Notes under the pieces: model-generated
The model's database searches: none
What the model saw: the letters and a program-made list of their open reading frames with translations, nothing else
What the model was told of the DNA's origin: nothing
From: Lingula anatina
Lineage: Eukaryota > Animalia > Brachiopoda
Reading direction: 5' to 3'
Assembly (NCBI GenBank): GCA_051362555.1
Contig: CM120640.1
Span: 43,936,788-44,000,787 of the forward strand
DNA: 64,000 nucleotides
Shown: one piece after another, positions 42,301 through 59,857 of the stretch
Numbering within the stretch: the stretch's first letter is position 1
Layout of the letters: each line of letters starts with the position of its first letter
Program-made: the position numbers and the translations under genes

Positions 42301-45300
42301 ATAAACACAAACCGTTGCTAGATAATCTAATTCAGAAGTTCCACTGCTACATGTAAATAGGGAAAAGCTTTAAATGGTGCCACTCTCCTGATCTTACAGT
42401 AAGAAAATGCCACAGGCGAATCGGCCCCCGCATTAGGGGGGGGGGGGGGGGGGGAAAGCGATCTCTGTTTGTTAGAAAATGAAAATAAGACCGTTTCTGA
42501 CCAGACACGATTATCGTGCAACTCACATCATGTGCAAAACGCAACACTTAGTCTACGGATATCAGCTGTACGCGTGACTGCTGCAGGCAAAATCACAGCG
42601 TGTCTAATCGTGTAAATCACAGATTTCTGCTTATTTTGTTTCTGTCTGATGAGAAAACGACGAAACGAAAAATTAAAGCATGCTACGAAAACAGACAGAG
42701 AAAACTGCACTTCTGCAGCACAAATCGCAATGAGTATATTGGGACAGCAAATAACTTTGGCACCACATAATGCCAATGAATTAAAGGGCCATGCAATTCA
42801 GCTATGCAGTGTCTCATCGTACACACACACACTCACGCACGCACGCGCGCAAACACACACACACACAAAGACTTACTAACTTACTCATTTCGAAGAACTG
42901 CTTGGCAAAATTTTACACGTCAATTTTACTCACGCGAATTCTCGCACCTTTCCTGTTCTCATATGATGTCATGTGCTGCCGTCAGCTTCTTTCAAGCTGT
43001 CTCGCATGATACCCATTGATGCATTTCAAACACACTTATATATACATATATAATTCATTCTCAATTGTGAAGTTAAAGAAATGCAAGGCTCTCCTTTGTT
43101 TTTCACAATATCAGTCAAACTGTCAAGATGGACTGGGAAATATTGGTAAATATATTTGCTTGTCCAAAAAGCTGTGACTGATCTAAAATCTATCATCAAT
43201 GTTGTAATATTTTTATTTGTATGAGAAACATTCCCAAAGTTTGGAAGAAACAAAAAAACTCATAATGGGAATAAGAGACAACGGTATCCAAAATGTGGCT
43301 TACAGATTAACCCCAGTGCTGGCCTTTGTCTTAAAAGGGCCTCTACTTTCATTAAATGCAATTACTTTTACGTCAAAAAATGTTCTGACTATGTCTCCAG
43401 CGACACCCATTTATTCGTCATAGTTAATTATATTTCAAAGTTAAATCACCAGTCCTTGATTTCCCTCGTGGCAGCAAAATTTCCTGCCACAAATTCAGAC
43501 GCAATATTTTGAACGATTGTAAGAAACTCATTTTCTACACATCAGCCGAAAGGCGTTTTTCTGGGAAATGAAATTAACCTATTTTCACGCACGACCAGAG
43601 TAAAATGCAGTAATGTCCTGCGCGTGAATCCATACTTTTCCTCCATCAATGTTTCGATGAAAAATAAGATTTCATTCTGGTCTAAAAATAAGATAAAATT
43701 CGAGATAAAGGTACATCTTATTTGGACTGATGTACAAGCACATTTAAAGAAATGGTTGGGCGGATTACGTAAATATTCCACATTTGATATAATAAAATGA
43801 TTGATTTAAGGGTTTGTCTATGTGAGAGTCACGGCCTGATCGTGTCTGCTGGTAAATAATGGCGAGAAGCATGAGCAGGGACTGAGCGTTTCTCTTACAC
43901 CTCTTAATATAATGCATGTGGTTTGTGCACAAAATATCAATGATTTTTGCTACCCAAGCATCAATGTCTTTAGGTACATGTCTGCTTGAAACGTGTTTGA
44001 GGGCGCAGTTAAGATGTAAGAGTTAATACTTTCCGAATGTTAGGAAGGGTTGAAACTAATTGATTCTGACAAAATCATTAGCCATATGGTCGACTCGAAA
44101 AAGTTTTTGCTGTGTTACGGAAAATCGATTGCAAGAATCATGAAAGTCACATTTTTTGCATATGTATATGACATGTGTAAATCCTAATTTAAAAATTTTA
44201 AATGACGTTCAACTTCGTTGTTAGTGATGGTACACGATTAGTACCCAATCAACATTTAAACTCTTAACTAAACTTTAAAAAAACTGCATCAGTGACAGCG
44301 CGGTTCATTTATTTACTGCACTTTTGTTAATTTTGCCTTCCCTGTGGAGTTTAGGTTTAAGTAAATTAGACCTGCATTTGATCTCTGTCGGACGGTTTGA
44401 TTATTTTAACAGTTCAAGCCCAACCCAAACGTATGCCAAAACAGATGAGTTCAAACATCTCAAGACGTTTGAATCAGTCCTCTCTTCAGGGAAAAATTCA
44501 CGCGGTGAGAGATCTAATTTATTTGTTACTTTTTTTAAAGAAAAAAAAAAAACAAATATCATTTACTGTAAGCCGCTTACGTTAAAGGGCTAGGGTTTGT
44601 ATATTTAAAAACATCGGCGTTTCCATAGATAAACTAACCTGACTCTTTGCTGTAACAGAATATACCTGTAAGCAGGGAACCAAAATTAAACAGCACTGAG
44701 TACTCTGCGAAAATATAATATTTATCATCAAGTTGCTCGTAGCATAAACTTAACTGGGCGATGAGAACGTTGCGAGAAAAATGAAATGGCCCTATTTTTA
44801 ACATAAGCATATGCCTCTTGCTGACAAATGACGGGTTACATGACGGGAAAAACCGTGACAACCATCTCCTGGACACTCAAGCTGATCTACTTCAAGGAAA
44901 CACGTAAATTTACTGACCATCTGCCGGCATTCAAGGTTTTAAACGGTTAATAGGCAGTATAATCTAATTACTAGCGAACAAACAATACCTGTTACATACA
45001 ACCTGTTGTAAGGGTAATCACAAGGATGTGCCAACATGTTATTGATTTCATCTTTAACATCGGCTCCGTCGCTTTTGAACTTTACATGGGTGTTTTATTA
45101 TGTAGGCCTATATTATTCAATGAAATAAGCGGACTTTTTATTGATTATTCAGTACTTCATCGGAAGTTTCGACGCAACTGATTTCATAATTTTCAGGAAT
45201 CTATGTCACAATGACGGACAATTACCCCAAAAGAAATATCGGGATATATGCAGAATGGCTCGATACTAATCTTCGCTAATCTTTACAAATCTTTCATAGG

Positions 45301-45674
45301 GGATTTCCTGAAAAAATATATACAAATGATGCAAGTTATAGGAGCCGAAGTAATTTCCTGTTGAAAATACAATTATATACTCGGTTGTAATTAGTCATAT
45401 ATCATGTAGTTGGTATAATTTTGTCTATTTCAAACATCTTTCAAACGTCTTAGTTTAAATTACTCTAACATATTATAATAATACTACTGTATTCGGCAAT
45501 AATGTCGAAACTGCATATAGACTGCATGTATTTGACTAAAATCTGCGACGCTAGCCAGTCGTCCTGGGCAACTGATCGTTTTTTTTTAGCCGATTATGTA
45601 AAAAAAAACTTCAGAATAGTAGGCCTAGGATCCCTTAAGATTTCGACTTTGGACTAGTTGATTTTGGTTTAGAA

Positions 45675-45726
45675 CAAGAAGTTATAAGAGATATATATCT
45701 ATCAGATATTCTCTTATAACTTCTTG
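45675..45726. mobile_element. 52-bp minimal TIR element with 8-bp TSD (hAT- or P-like)
   Basis: Perfect 17-bp TIR CAAGAAGTTATAAGAGA / TCTCTTATAACTTCTTG; GTTTAGAA duplicated at 45667-45674 and 45727-45734. Confidence 0.85.
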
Positions 45727-45950
45727 GTTTAGAATGACACTGCCTGAAGGCTATGTTGTTTTATTGTCTGATCATTTTTAATACTATGTCAAAAGACACC
45801 AAAAATGCAGCCATGCAGTTCACAGACCATGAAAACCCAACACAAGGACGTTGGGCATTCTGTAACATCTTTGAAAAGATAAAAGATAGGCCCATCTCTC
45901 TCTTTTTTTTTCTCTCACTTTCACTCTCTCTCTCTTCACTGTTTGATAGA

Positions 45951-46010
45951 AGTAGTAGTACATGTAGCAGCAGCAGTGGTAGTACTAGTGGTAGTAGTAG
46001 TAGTAGTAGT
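45951..46010. repeat. Degenerate (AGT/AGC)n microsatellite
   Basis: Directly visible; explains the poly-Ser and poly-Leu ORFs. Confidence 0.9.
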
Positions 46011-47113
46011 ATCAGCTTATTTTCGGGACAAATTGATTGCAAAAGGAATTTGCCCGCATAAAAGAATGCAGAGAAACAAACATAGCCTTTAACGGATTTA
46101 AAAGGCAAGCTGTATCAGTGCTAACACTGATCAGTTTCATCTGGAAATGTGCACTGCAGCAGACACCTGTAAGAAATATCGGAGAGTCAGATGTTATTCC
46201 AGAAAAGAAACGCAAGCATCATTAAAGTTTTTTAAAACAAGTTCATATTCAATAATTGGGTTGTGTCATAAACCCAAGCTTCTGGATGTTGAGGATAAAA
46301 AAATGGTTATCCTTGCTCACCCATGAAGAAAGCAATGAGTACGAAAGCATTGACTACATAGCTCCCAGGGGTCCAAGAGGATCCTACTGATACACTAACC
46401 TTAATATCTATCAGAAATTCAATTTTCCGTATGGTGATTGTAAAACCGATAAACAGCATTGTCGCGTAAGAAAAACAAATCGTTCGTAACGAAAACATTA
46501 GGTGACCTTGGATTTTTCTCATAAACACAAAAGGTTCGATTGTATGTAAGGGACCTCATATTGGCAGTAAAATCAAATATCTTTTTAAAAACACTTGGTT
46601 ACTAAATTTGAATACATTAAGAGGTAAATGAATTGGCCATGAAGAGAAAAGTATTGAAAATGCGAAAAACATGTTCTGGTGTAGTATTTATTTTGATGCT
46701 TAGTTCATTACTCGTTATTTTGACAACAATGATGCATCGTTCCATTCGAAACAACCAGGATCTGACGTCCTGAAGTTTTGATTTATGACCCTTCAGCTCC
46801 CTAGTGGGTATATTGACCAATGTGTGTTATGTTCTTAAATCATTGAATTAATGCTTTTGTGGAAGTCTCATTAACGATTAACCGTTGGACACAATTTGAG
46901 ATAAGATAACAATGCCAAAGCTATACCATTAGATCATTTGGACTAAACTGTGGTGAAATTCAGCACAGAAAATCTTGAACAAACAAAATAACCCTATAAC
47001 AAGAAAAAAACATGTAGCAAAACCGATCCGTAGTTGTGAGAATTAAAGAGGACTCTTACACATCATCAGCCGTGGCCAACCTACGTGACCGAGGTATCGG
47101 CTGAGGCACCTCT

Positions 47114-47334
47114 GGGCTCATTTCCAATGAAACTATCGTTCTACGTAGTACGATCCAACTCAGCGGAGACCCTCGCTTAATGCAATCAACTTACGCGTCC
47201 TCTTGTTTCCAACGCACTCGTATAATCACTAGCTTTCTTGGATTCTTCTCAAAGTCGCGTTACTCTGTTAATACTGATTATATTCAGAGTTGGATCTATC
47301 TACGTAGAACGATAGCTGCTCTAGGAATGAGCCC
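47114..47334. mobile_element. MITE with ~50-bp TIRs (GGGC termini, PIF/Harbinger-like)
   Basis: GGGCTCATTTCC...CTATCGTTCTACGTAG..GATCCAACTC pairs with GAGTTGGATC..CTACGTAGAACGATAG...GGAATGAGCCC; TSD not intact (TCT / TTT). Confidence 0.75.
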
Positions 47335-47596
47335 TTTAACTATAGTGTTCTGTATCTCTGTGGTGTCTAGCACACATTGCAGTCAAAATACTAGATAAAT
47401 TCTGTTTACTTTTATTCGTTGTCGCACCGCACTCGCTAGTCTGCCATTATTTCTGGCCTTTTTCTCTAATAGATCTCATTAAATTTACTTGATTTTACGA
47501 TTAGTCGCGAGACTATTTCGGATGATTCCCATTTTCCTTATAAGAAATGATTTACATACAGGTTTTTAAGCAAACACTTGAAATATCGATACCTTA

Positions 47597-47827
47597 GACC
47601 CCACTTCCATAGATTTTAGATCGATCTATCCCTTTGGGGAGTCTCACTAGATTACTGTCAGCTTAGCCGGCTTAAGCGTCTGTCCCGCCTACTGAAAGCT
47701 GTTACTGTAAGGGGGTAATTAACTATGGTGCGCGCTCGGCTGACTGCAATTTAGCGTGAACCCCCAGGGAGTTAGGTCGATCTAAATCTTAATCCCTGGA
47801 TTGATCTAAATCTCTGGGAATACACCC
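47597..47827. mobile_element. MITE family 1, copy 3 (diverged; core inverted relative to termini)
   Basis: Shares GGGGAGTCTCACTAGATTACTGTCAG...TTTAGCGTGAACCCCCAGGGAGTTAGGT with copy 2; TTA duplicated at 47594-47596 and 47828-47830. Confidence 0.85.
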
Positions 47828-49245
47828 TTATATTGATTCTGAACGATGCTTTTTCATAGCTACGCCTAACAGGTAGAAGCTTGTAGCAGGAGAAATTAAG
47901 TTAGGCAAGTTTGCACCGAGTTATTCCTACTGACGCAGCCGTATTTTCGGCATCGTACGGCAGATACCGAATTTCTCATCGTACAACAAATGAGATAAAG
48001 AGATAGTTTATATAGTTCAGAATTTCAACTCTCAACTCAAAATTTAATTATTTTTGATAGAATGTATAGTAAAAGATTTATCTTTTCAATACTCATTTTG
48101 GTTTGTGGTAAGATGTTTGTCACAGTCGCTGTATATTAGGGTGCTGAATATTGACTGGACAATTTCATTGGGGATTTGCTTCTCCTCATATTAAGTTAAT
48201 GCGATTCGACAAAAAAATCATTATTATAACGCGACTTCAAATGGTTAAAATGAATAATACCATTATCAGTTCTTTGAATCTCGTTATTGTAAGCATTAGA
48301 GACCCTTACAAAGATGTTGCTTGAATCATAAAAATCAGATCAACAACCGTTCAACTTTAATAAATAGGCCAGTTTCTTGTAGTAAAATATCTACCTGTGC
48401 ACCTGTGCAAGTGAATTACGGAGTACAATGACAAGTGTACATGCCCATTCACCCACCTGCGTGCACACATAGGCCTATACTCAAACACACACTCATGCAC
48501 ACACACATGCGCACACACTCACACAAACACAATCTGTCGCTTTAGCTTCAAAAAATAAAAAAAATTAACACTTACCAACCGGCGCATGTGTCTCTCTCCG
48601 GTGTGATTTGGATTGTATATATTCACTGAATGAGACTATAACGTGAGTGTTAAAAGTTAACATAAAACCTTGGCAAACCAATAGCGGTGAGCTAGCTAAA
48701 ATAGTTGCATGATTATCGATGAAGCACGTGGCAGGTTTGGCACCCCAGGCAGTGAAGTGATGACGGCACAGTGATGACGGAACCACGCACGGAAAGAAAT
48801 ACTTACCATGCACCTTTATAATTACCAACTGCACTTAACGAAATGAGAAAAATCAGGTAGTTTATGTTTTACAACTACAGCATTGATTCGAAAAGCGTTC
48901 ACAACTTCGCCTCACATCGCGAATACACACTGCGGCCGTGTATCTATCGGGATAATTACGTTAGAACGCCGCAAGCGCCCAAGACATACGGTCAGTTGTG
49001 GTAAATCATTCTAAACAGCCTTGACTACGGGGTACAAATAAAACGATTAAGACCTGGAAGGGAGAAACTGGAAAAATATAATAAGCCTACCACATTTCCT
49101 ACGCGACTGATTGATTAATAATTAACGCAATGGTATTCATACATGTAATTGTGCTTAAGTGGTGAAGTAATAAACAGGGGTAACTTATCAAATGCAGCCT
49201 TTTAAAATGTTTAGAAATGATAAAAGTAAGAGGAAATATGCGCTG

Positions 49246-49314
49246 AAAACTGACTTAATTCAGCTGGCAAATTAGGACTCTTTCCTAATTTGCCAGCTGA
49301 ATTATGTCAGTTTT
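49246..49314. repeat. Near-perfect inverted repeat: 32-bp stem, 5-nt loop
   Basis: AAAACTGACTTAATTCAGCTGGCAAATTAGGA-CTCTT-TCCTAATTTGCCAGCTGAATTATGTCAGTTTT; one T:T mismatch. Confidence 0.95.
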
Positions 49315-49499
49315 GTTGCATTGGCAGGCTTCAGTGAGTGCCTACCAGTAATTGATTTAAAATGAGAAGTTCGTAAATAAAACAACTGTCCTGGAATAAA
49401 CCATCCACAGCAAACTCCATTATCACCTACGCCTTATACAAGGACGAGTTTGCTTGTTTGTCGAAATAGAATGAAAAAAATAAAGCGCAAACAGTTAAT

Positions 49500-49882
49500 A
49501 TCTTGATATGATAATGCACAACGATCGCGTAACATGCCAACAACGTAAGACCCGCGAATGCGAGACGTAAGAGCCATTTACGCTGGCATGCGTCGGATAT
49601 TGTGGGGTCACATTCTCGGCGATCAACTCGCCGTACTACACAGTGTATAACGAATACCAACACGCTTCCAAATGCTTATACTTATACGCACTGTAGAAGT
49701 CTAATCCATAACCTCGAAAATTTGGCGCTCCCACAGTTTTGACGCCGTTCTACGACGTATACCAACGTGCTTCAGTGTACTCTTATACAAACCTTTCCCG
49801 TAACTTATTCGACGTAAGCCAGCGCATTCGCCAAATCATTCATACGTTGGCATAAGTTAAATCAAAATGGCGTGACTGCACC
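49500..49882. mobile_element. Old degenerate palindromic element, possibly PIF/Harbinger-derived
   Basis: CpG-rich with recurrent ACGT/ACGC units. ATGCCAAC..GCGAATGCG (49534-49562) mirrors CGCATTCGC..GTTGGCAT (to 49853). Right end GTGACTGCACC followed by TGA; left end not recognisable. Confidence 0.4.
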
Positions 49883-52800
49883 TGATTCAGATAATAGGCG
49901 TTCCACCCAAATTGTCCAACGCAACCAGTGAGAGGTGGCAAAACTCATCCAAAATAACTGAAAAAAAAAAAAAAAAAGATTACATACAAAGTCAGAATTG
50001 CAAATTCAGTTCTTCCTTTTTATTGTTCACGGTGAATTCGCAGCGTTAGAAGATATTAACATATGTTACTATACATTAGCCTACTGCAGTTGTGAAACAT
50101 GAATAATATTCTTTTCATCATGAATTGTACGAGAAATATAAGGTACATGTATTTGTTTCAATATTTCTGCAGCTGTCATCCACTTTTATCAGTAAATCTA
50201 TTCTGGTTGTTAGGGCGATAAACAGAATATAGGGATATGTAGCAATATCATCACAGTTGGAAAAATATGATAAAATACATATCCAATCTTGATTAACGTG
50301 AAAAACATGAAAAAATGAGGCTCGCGGTCAGAGACTACAATTCCTGGCGGCAGATGAGAAATAGACAAGATCGTCTGCGAGAATCTAACGTCCAGGGTAG
50401 CTTTTAAAGGCAAAGGGGCGAATTGTTATCCTACATTAACATAACAATTTTTAAATTATTTAAGATAGCCTTACTATTTGTGTCGTTTCCCAATTGCATA
50501 TTTTCCATTACTTCAAAACACTTAACCCAAACGCTTTTAGATCAACTAATACTTTTGTTTAGTAAAATCAATGCCCTGTCTCTCGCTGTTTTGAGACGTT
50601 GTAGGTGTCGCCATATTCATTTGAAAAATAGAAAATGTTGAATTTGTTATATAATTTTAAACTCTTAACAGAAAGCTAGGCCTTGTTTAATTTTTGTTGT
50701 CAATTATTTGTTTGAGTATTTGATTTCACCCCCTGGAGATGAACGCTCGCTTCCTCGGTGCAGCACATTGAAAACGACCTCTCAGTATTTCTGTGTGATT
50801 TTATCATTTTTGAAAATCATCCTACAATACATGTGCCCATTGATTTTTTTACATCTAAACGCAGTTGATTAAATTGAATCCGATTTGGAAATAATTTAAC
50901 TTCTACAAAATCTGTATCATAAAGTTGATGCCATGTGGATGATAAAACGAGTAAACAATGATGTCTACAGTATCTGAAAAAAGGGGATGCCATGTAACCT
51001 AGAACTAAGACTCTAAAACAGTCCCATTTTGTGACGTCACCCTTCTTGTAAGAGCTTCACTTTGCCAGTATATCATTCAGTGGCTCTCATGCGCGCAGCT
51101 CATCTGAATTGTAGATATGACTGCGTGCCAATGCCAAGGACACGGCGTTCAGATGTTCAAAATAATGCAACAGCTGTTCAGCTGCAAATAAAATGCTAGC
51201 AACTTCTTCCAACTGGTATATGTTCAAAATATACACGACATGTAATATACTTGTAAATAGACATGTAATATAGAGTCTATTTTAATGAAGTTCGTTCTGG
51301 TGAAGGGTTTGTATAAATAGAGGCATGACTGAGCCAATTGTAAATACGGATAAAAGCTACTTTTTATAGCTTATTTCGGCTATATTTCAGTTGAAACAGT
51401 TGGTTTTAATCGAAACAAATAAGTCTACATCTCCGCCGCAGTTTATTTTCCGTTTGTTTGGTTGACTCGTATATTTGACCAGTACATTTTCAAGCCTAGA
51501 CTTTGCCTAGTAGACTTTGCCCTTGTTACCAAACAGTTTGTCGTTATTGCTGCTTTGAAAAACATATAACTTTTTCTGTTGCAAAACAAGAGTAACTTGG
51601 AATTGATCCCCTAGTGTTCTGGGATGTGCTAACATTGATAACGTCATAAGCTGTTCCCTTGAGATCAGGAAAATAAAACCAATGACAGCACAACGGATCA
51701 ATCCACAGCGGTATATTTCCACTTATATGATAGACCTCGAATGATTCATGCCAAGGTGAAAATATTTCTTACATTGAAAACTTGCACTGCTTCTTGTGAG
51801 CGGCGCCGTGTGTTTTGATCAAAGAAAGAAACCCCAAAATTCTATACACGTCTTCCTATCTTTACCCTGTTCAGCGCACACATACTGTATTATGAAGAGT
51901 TTGCAATGGGCAATTACAATCAAAGTTCACTGAATTTCAGGGTACGTCTTTGAAGTTCATGAATGTGAAACAATATATGACATCATGGAAATCCGTAGGG
52001 AAATAAGGTTTGTTTAGCATAAAAGTCAGGTCTTTGATCTGTCTCCATATATTAACCTAGAACGATCATATTTTCATTGTAGCTCTAAAAATAGCACAAC
52101 AGGGATGACTTCACGCCGTCTGAGTTGTCAATAATGATAGCTGAAGCGGCAGTCCCTACCCCAACCCCCGGGTCCCTCGGTGACTTTAGATAGGCCTATA
52201 CAAAAGTCAAAACTACATTGTATTTCCGACAGGGTTTAACTCTCGCAATTTCGCTTAGCGGATTTCCACTAGATACGCAAAATCGAGTCAAAATTGCTAG
52301 AGCTTAAATGGGTTTTCATCCTTTTTTCCACTAGAGAACGAGAAACCTGTTATGCGGCACGGAATCGATGCACAAGCGATAATTCAATCAACAATCATCT
52401 CGCAGTACGCAACAAGAGCAGGAATCGACAGTGAGTCGAGTGCATTTTAGTGATCTATTCAATAAATCAACAAAGATCGTCTGTTACGTGTTATATTTGA
52501 ACCCTAAAGGAGACACATTTGATGAACAGATGAATTGTTTAAACAGGCCTATGTAATATCGTTAAGGCAACAAATGAAGGAGATATTGCGAATGAACTCA
52601 ATAAAGGACTCTTAACGAGTAACAGTACATGGAACTTCTCAATAAATAATATAATGTGAATGTCCCATAGATAAGTGTTTATCTTAAACGTCATACGATA
52701 TGATGCGATTCGAATTTCATATATTCACTATGGCAAGATTGATGAGAAAATGATTATGTAGACAGGACCACTCTGACAGTTTGATAGTTTTGTCTAAACA

Positions 52801-53528
52801 ATGGTTAGACTTAAGGTAATAAAGATTTTGCGTTATAAAATCACCACAGCATTTAATATCAGGGCTATGCCAATTTCTTGACTGCTAGGCCTATATGATA
52901 AAAAAATAATTATAAATAAAAATATAAAAACTCCAGTTATTCATGTACTCTAATTTTACAATGAAATTTTTAACAAGGACTGAATTTTTTAATCGTTTGA
53001 ACCATGTAATTTGGAAAATAATTTTGGGTTATTTTTCCTATAACCTAAATCCAAGGCCCATATAGGCCTAATGGTTAAGCCTTTACAGTAAGGGTAACCT
53101 AACATCAGTGTAAGAAAAAATTATAACAATACAGTTCCGCTGTAAATAAACATGACAAATTTCTTATTGTGAATATTGACTCCCAGTGACCATCTTTTCG
53201 TGTTCTAACCACCGCTTGCTGTTTATACAGGGCTGTACCTGATGTGTTGGCTGTACTTTTAATAAAAAAAATTGTTATAGGTGTGCTTCACATGATACTG
53301 TGATTTTTCCTCCATTGCTGAAGAGCGGCAGAGTACTTACACTTGCCAATTTCCATCCGATGATAATCTAGGGCTCTTTAAATGACATATTTTGGACAGT
53401 GTTACATGCGATATTTTGAAGACTGATATGTTGGCAAAAGAGCTGAAAGTAGTTATCACCATTTTTTTTTTTGTAAAAACTCAAAGTTTCTCTCTTTGAT
53501 AAACGCGCATTAATTTGTGTAAGCCCTA

Positions 53529-53599
53529 CTTTCTTTCTCTTTCCAGACGGCCATCTTGTTATCACACGTGTGTGAAAAGGGGCCGGAAAATCACTAAAT
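53529..53599 (+). promoter_or_regulatory. RPL4 TCT initiator / 5'TOP tract with downstream YY1-, E-box- and ETS-like motifs
   Basis: CTTTCTTTCTCTTTCC (53529-53544), CGGCCATCTT (53548-53557), CACGTG (53565-53570) and CCGGAA (53583-53588) precede an ATG-only first coding exon. This is the typical animal ribosomal-protein promoter layout. Confidence 0.85.
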
Positions 53600-58058
<4,459 letters not shown>

Positions 58059-58482
58059 ATTCTCCTTGAAGAAGAAACAGCTCAATTCATAAAAAGAAAC
58101 TTTACTAAATGTTGAAAAAGGAAAAAGAAAACTCAGATAAATTGAGCAATGGTGTTTCAATATTTGAAATGTGATTCAACAAGAATAAAAAAAATGAAGA
58201 AAGAATCGGCTGTGTATTTGTCAGTATTCAGTGAAAGAGTTAGTAGATATATCAAGGGGGTTAGCCGAGTGGGTTGTTGGTCTTTGGAATCGGACCTTTT
58301 GTCACGTAAATATGAAAGATACGCTCAAAATGATGCGTGTGTGGAGTAGGTACATGACAGGTCTAAGTGTTCAGGGAACGTCCAACCTGGTTACTAATTA
58401 AATGTAATGCTTTCTTTATGTATTTAGTGATACATTCAAGTTGGGAGGGGGACATTACTCTGTAGAAGCATTTGGAACAAAG

Positions 58483-58731
58483 CCAGGATTATTTGAGGGG
58501 GGGTCAGGTGATGCGAAGCCGAACCCCCCCTTGGCGTGGGGTTCGTGGGCCGCTAAAGGACTACGAAAAGAATGATATTTTAAAGGGCAAACGGTGCCAT
58601 TTGGTACGGTCTAGGATTATGATTCAGCTATTCAAAATTATAATTTCAAGCGGAGACCATTGGTGTGAGATTTTTTTTTCAGAAATCGAGGGGGGTCAAG
58701 GCCCCCTGACCCCTCTCTAAATCCGCCACTG
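58483..58731 (-). mobile_element. Non-autonomous element with CAGTGGCGGAT terminus, shorter copy
   Basis: Ends ATCCGCCACTG; reverse complement aligns with 22642-22840 plus ~23345-23370. Confidence 0.7.
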
Positions 58732-58786
58732 TAGTAACTCCAAACGCAGTGGAATGTATGGTGTGTAAATAGGAAAATGCCAGGAT

Positions 58787-58823
58787 TACCTACCTACCTA
58801 CCTACCTACCTACATGTACCTAC
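58787..58823. repeat. (TACC)n microsatellite
   Basis: Directly visible. Confidence 0.9.
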
Positions 58824-59599
58824 ACAACCTTCTTTTAGCTTGGGGAGTTCAGCCTAATAATAACTCGGTATAGCACATTTGGAGAAAAGAAATGAAATCC
58901 ACTTGCTTTATTCTCAGGAGTAGTATGTGACAGGTTATAAAAAAGATTACCCATTTTGTGTGTTTGAACCTAAGGGAAATTAATGTTATGATCCGTTATC
59001 GAAGGCTTGATCACAGCTGACTCGTTGATGAAAAATGGGGGGGTCTACACAACGTGTCAGGTTGCTAGCGAAGGGAAGGTGATTTGTCTAGGTTTGGTAA
59101 TGGCCCGCGAAAATCGCCTGCTAGCCATTCATTGGAACTTGAAATACCAGTTTTCATATCTTTTTTCCTCTCTGGTGCCAAGGTGAAAAGTGATTTGTTT
59201 GTGTTGGAAGAGATGCATGGCACTTGTTTGGACATGGCGTGTGCTTGCCATGATGACAGCGTGATCCATGGAGTTGGGGAATATTAGCATCTTTGTAAGA
59301 TCATGTAAATAGTTCCAAACTTTGGGTGGTGATTGTATATTTTTGACCACTGGTAACTAATTTCGTGATCATTAATATTATACGTCGTAAAAGAACTGAA
59401 TTAACAAAATCTCCAGGGTAATCTTAACTTTCTCTATCAAAGATATATCAAATATAAATCTGAGTTTATGGGGTTCAAGCAAGTGCTTTTTTTGCTGAGA
59501 GAGCTAGCAAACCCGATTTAACCTATCTTGTTTTTATCTCCATTCTACCAACGCGAACCACTGAGTGCAGTCTGCGTCAACATAATAACTAAACGGAAA

Positions 59600-59857
59600 A
59601 GACCTTTGGTAATCATTCAACTTTGATCGTCACAGAAGGTGATGAAATAAAATTTTTTGTTGGACTTTGGACTCGTGATCGTGAATCATAGATAATGATT
59701 GATGTTTTAAAGCTTTCCATTGGACTGGTTTCCCTAGAGATAATGAGAGCAGAGATGCTATTGGCTAAAATTTTCTCTTCTTTGTGCCACCTATAAATAG
59801 TGAAAAGAGACTTTCGTCCTGAAGCCGGAGTCAGACGTGTGACAACTCCTGTGGCAA
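59600..59857 (+). promoter_or_regulatory. Putative perilipin promoter and short non-coding first exon
   Basis: TATAAAT 59792-59798; inverted CCAAT (ATTGG) at 59719 and 59760; DR1/HNF4-like TGGACTTTGGACT 59661-59673; GTAAGT donor at 59858. Confidence 0.65.

Noticed and set aside
45753-46108. 102- and 115-aa ORFs with poly-Ser / poly-Leu
   Set aside because: Produced by CT and AGT microsatellites; no splice or homology support.
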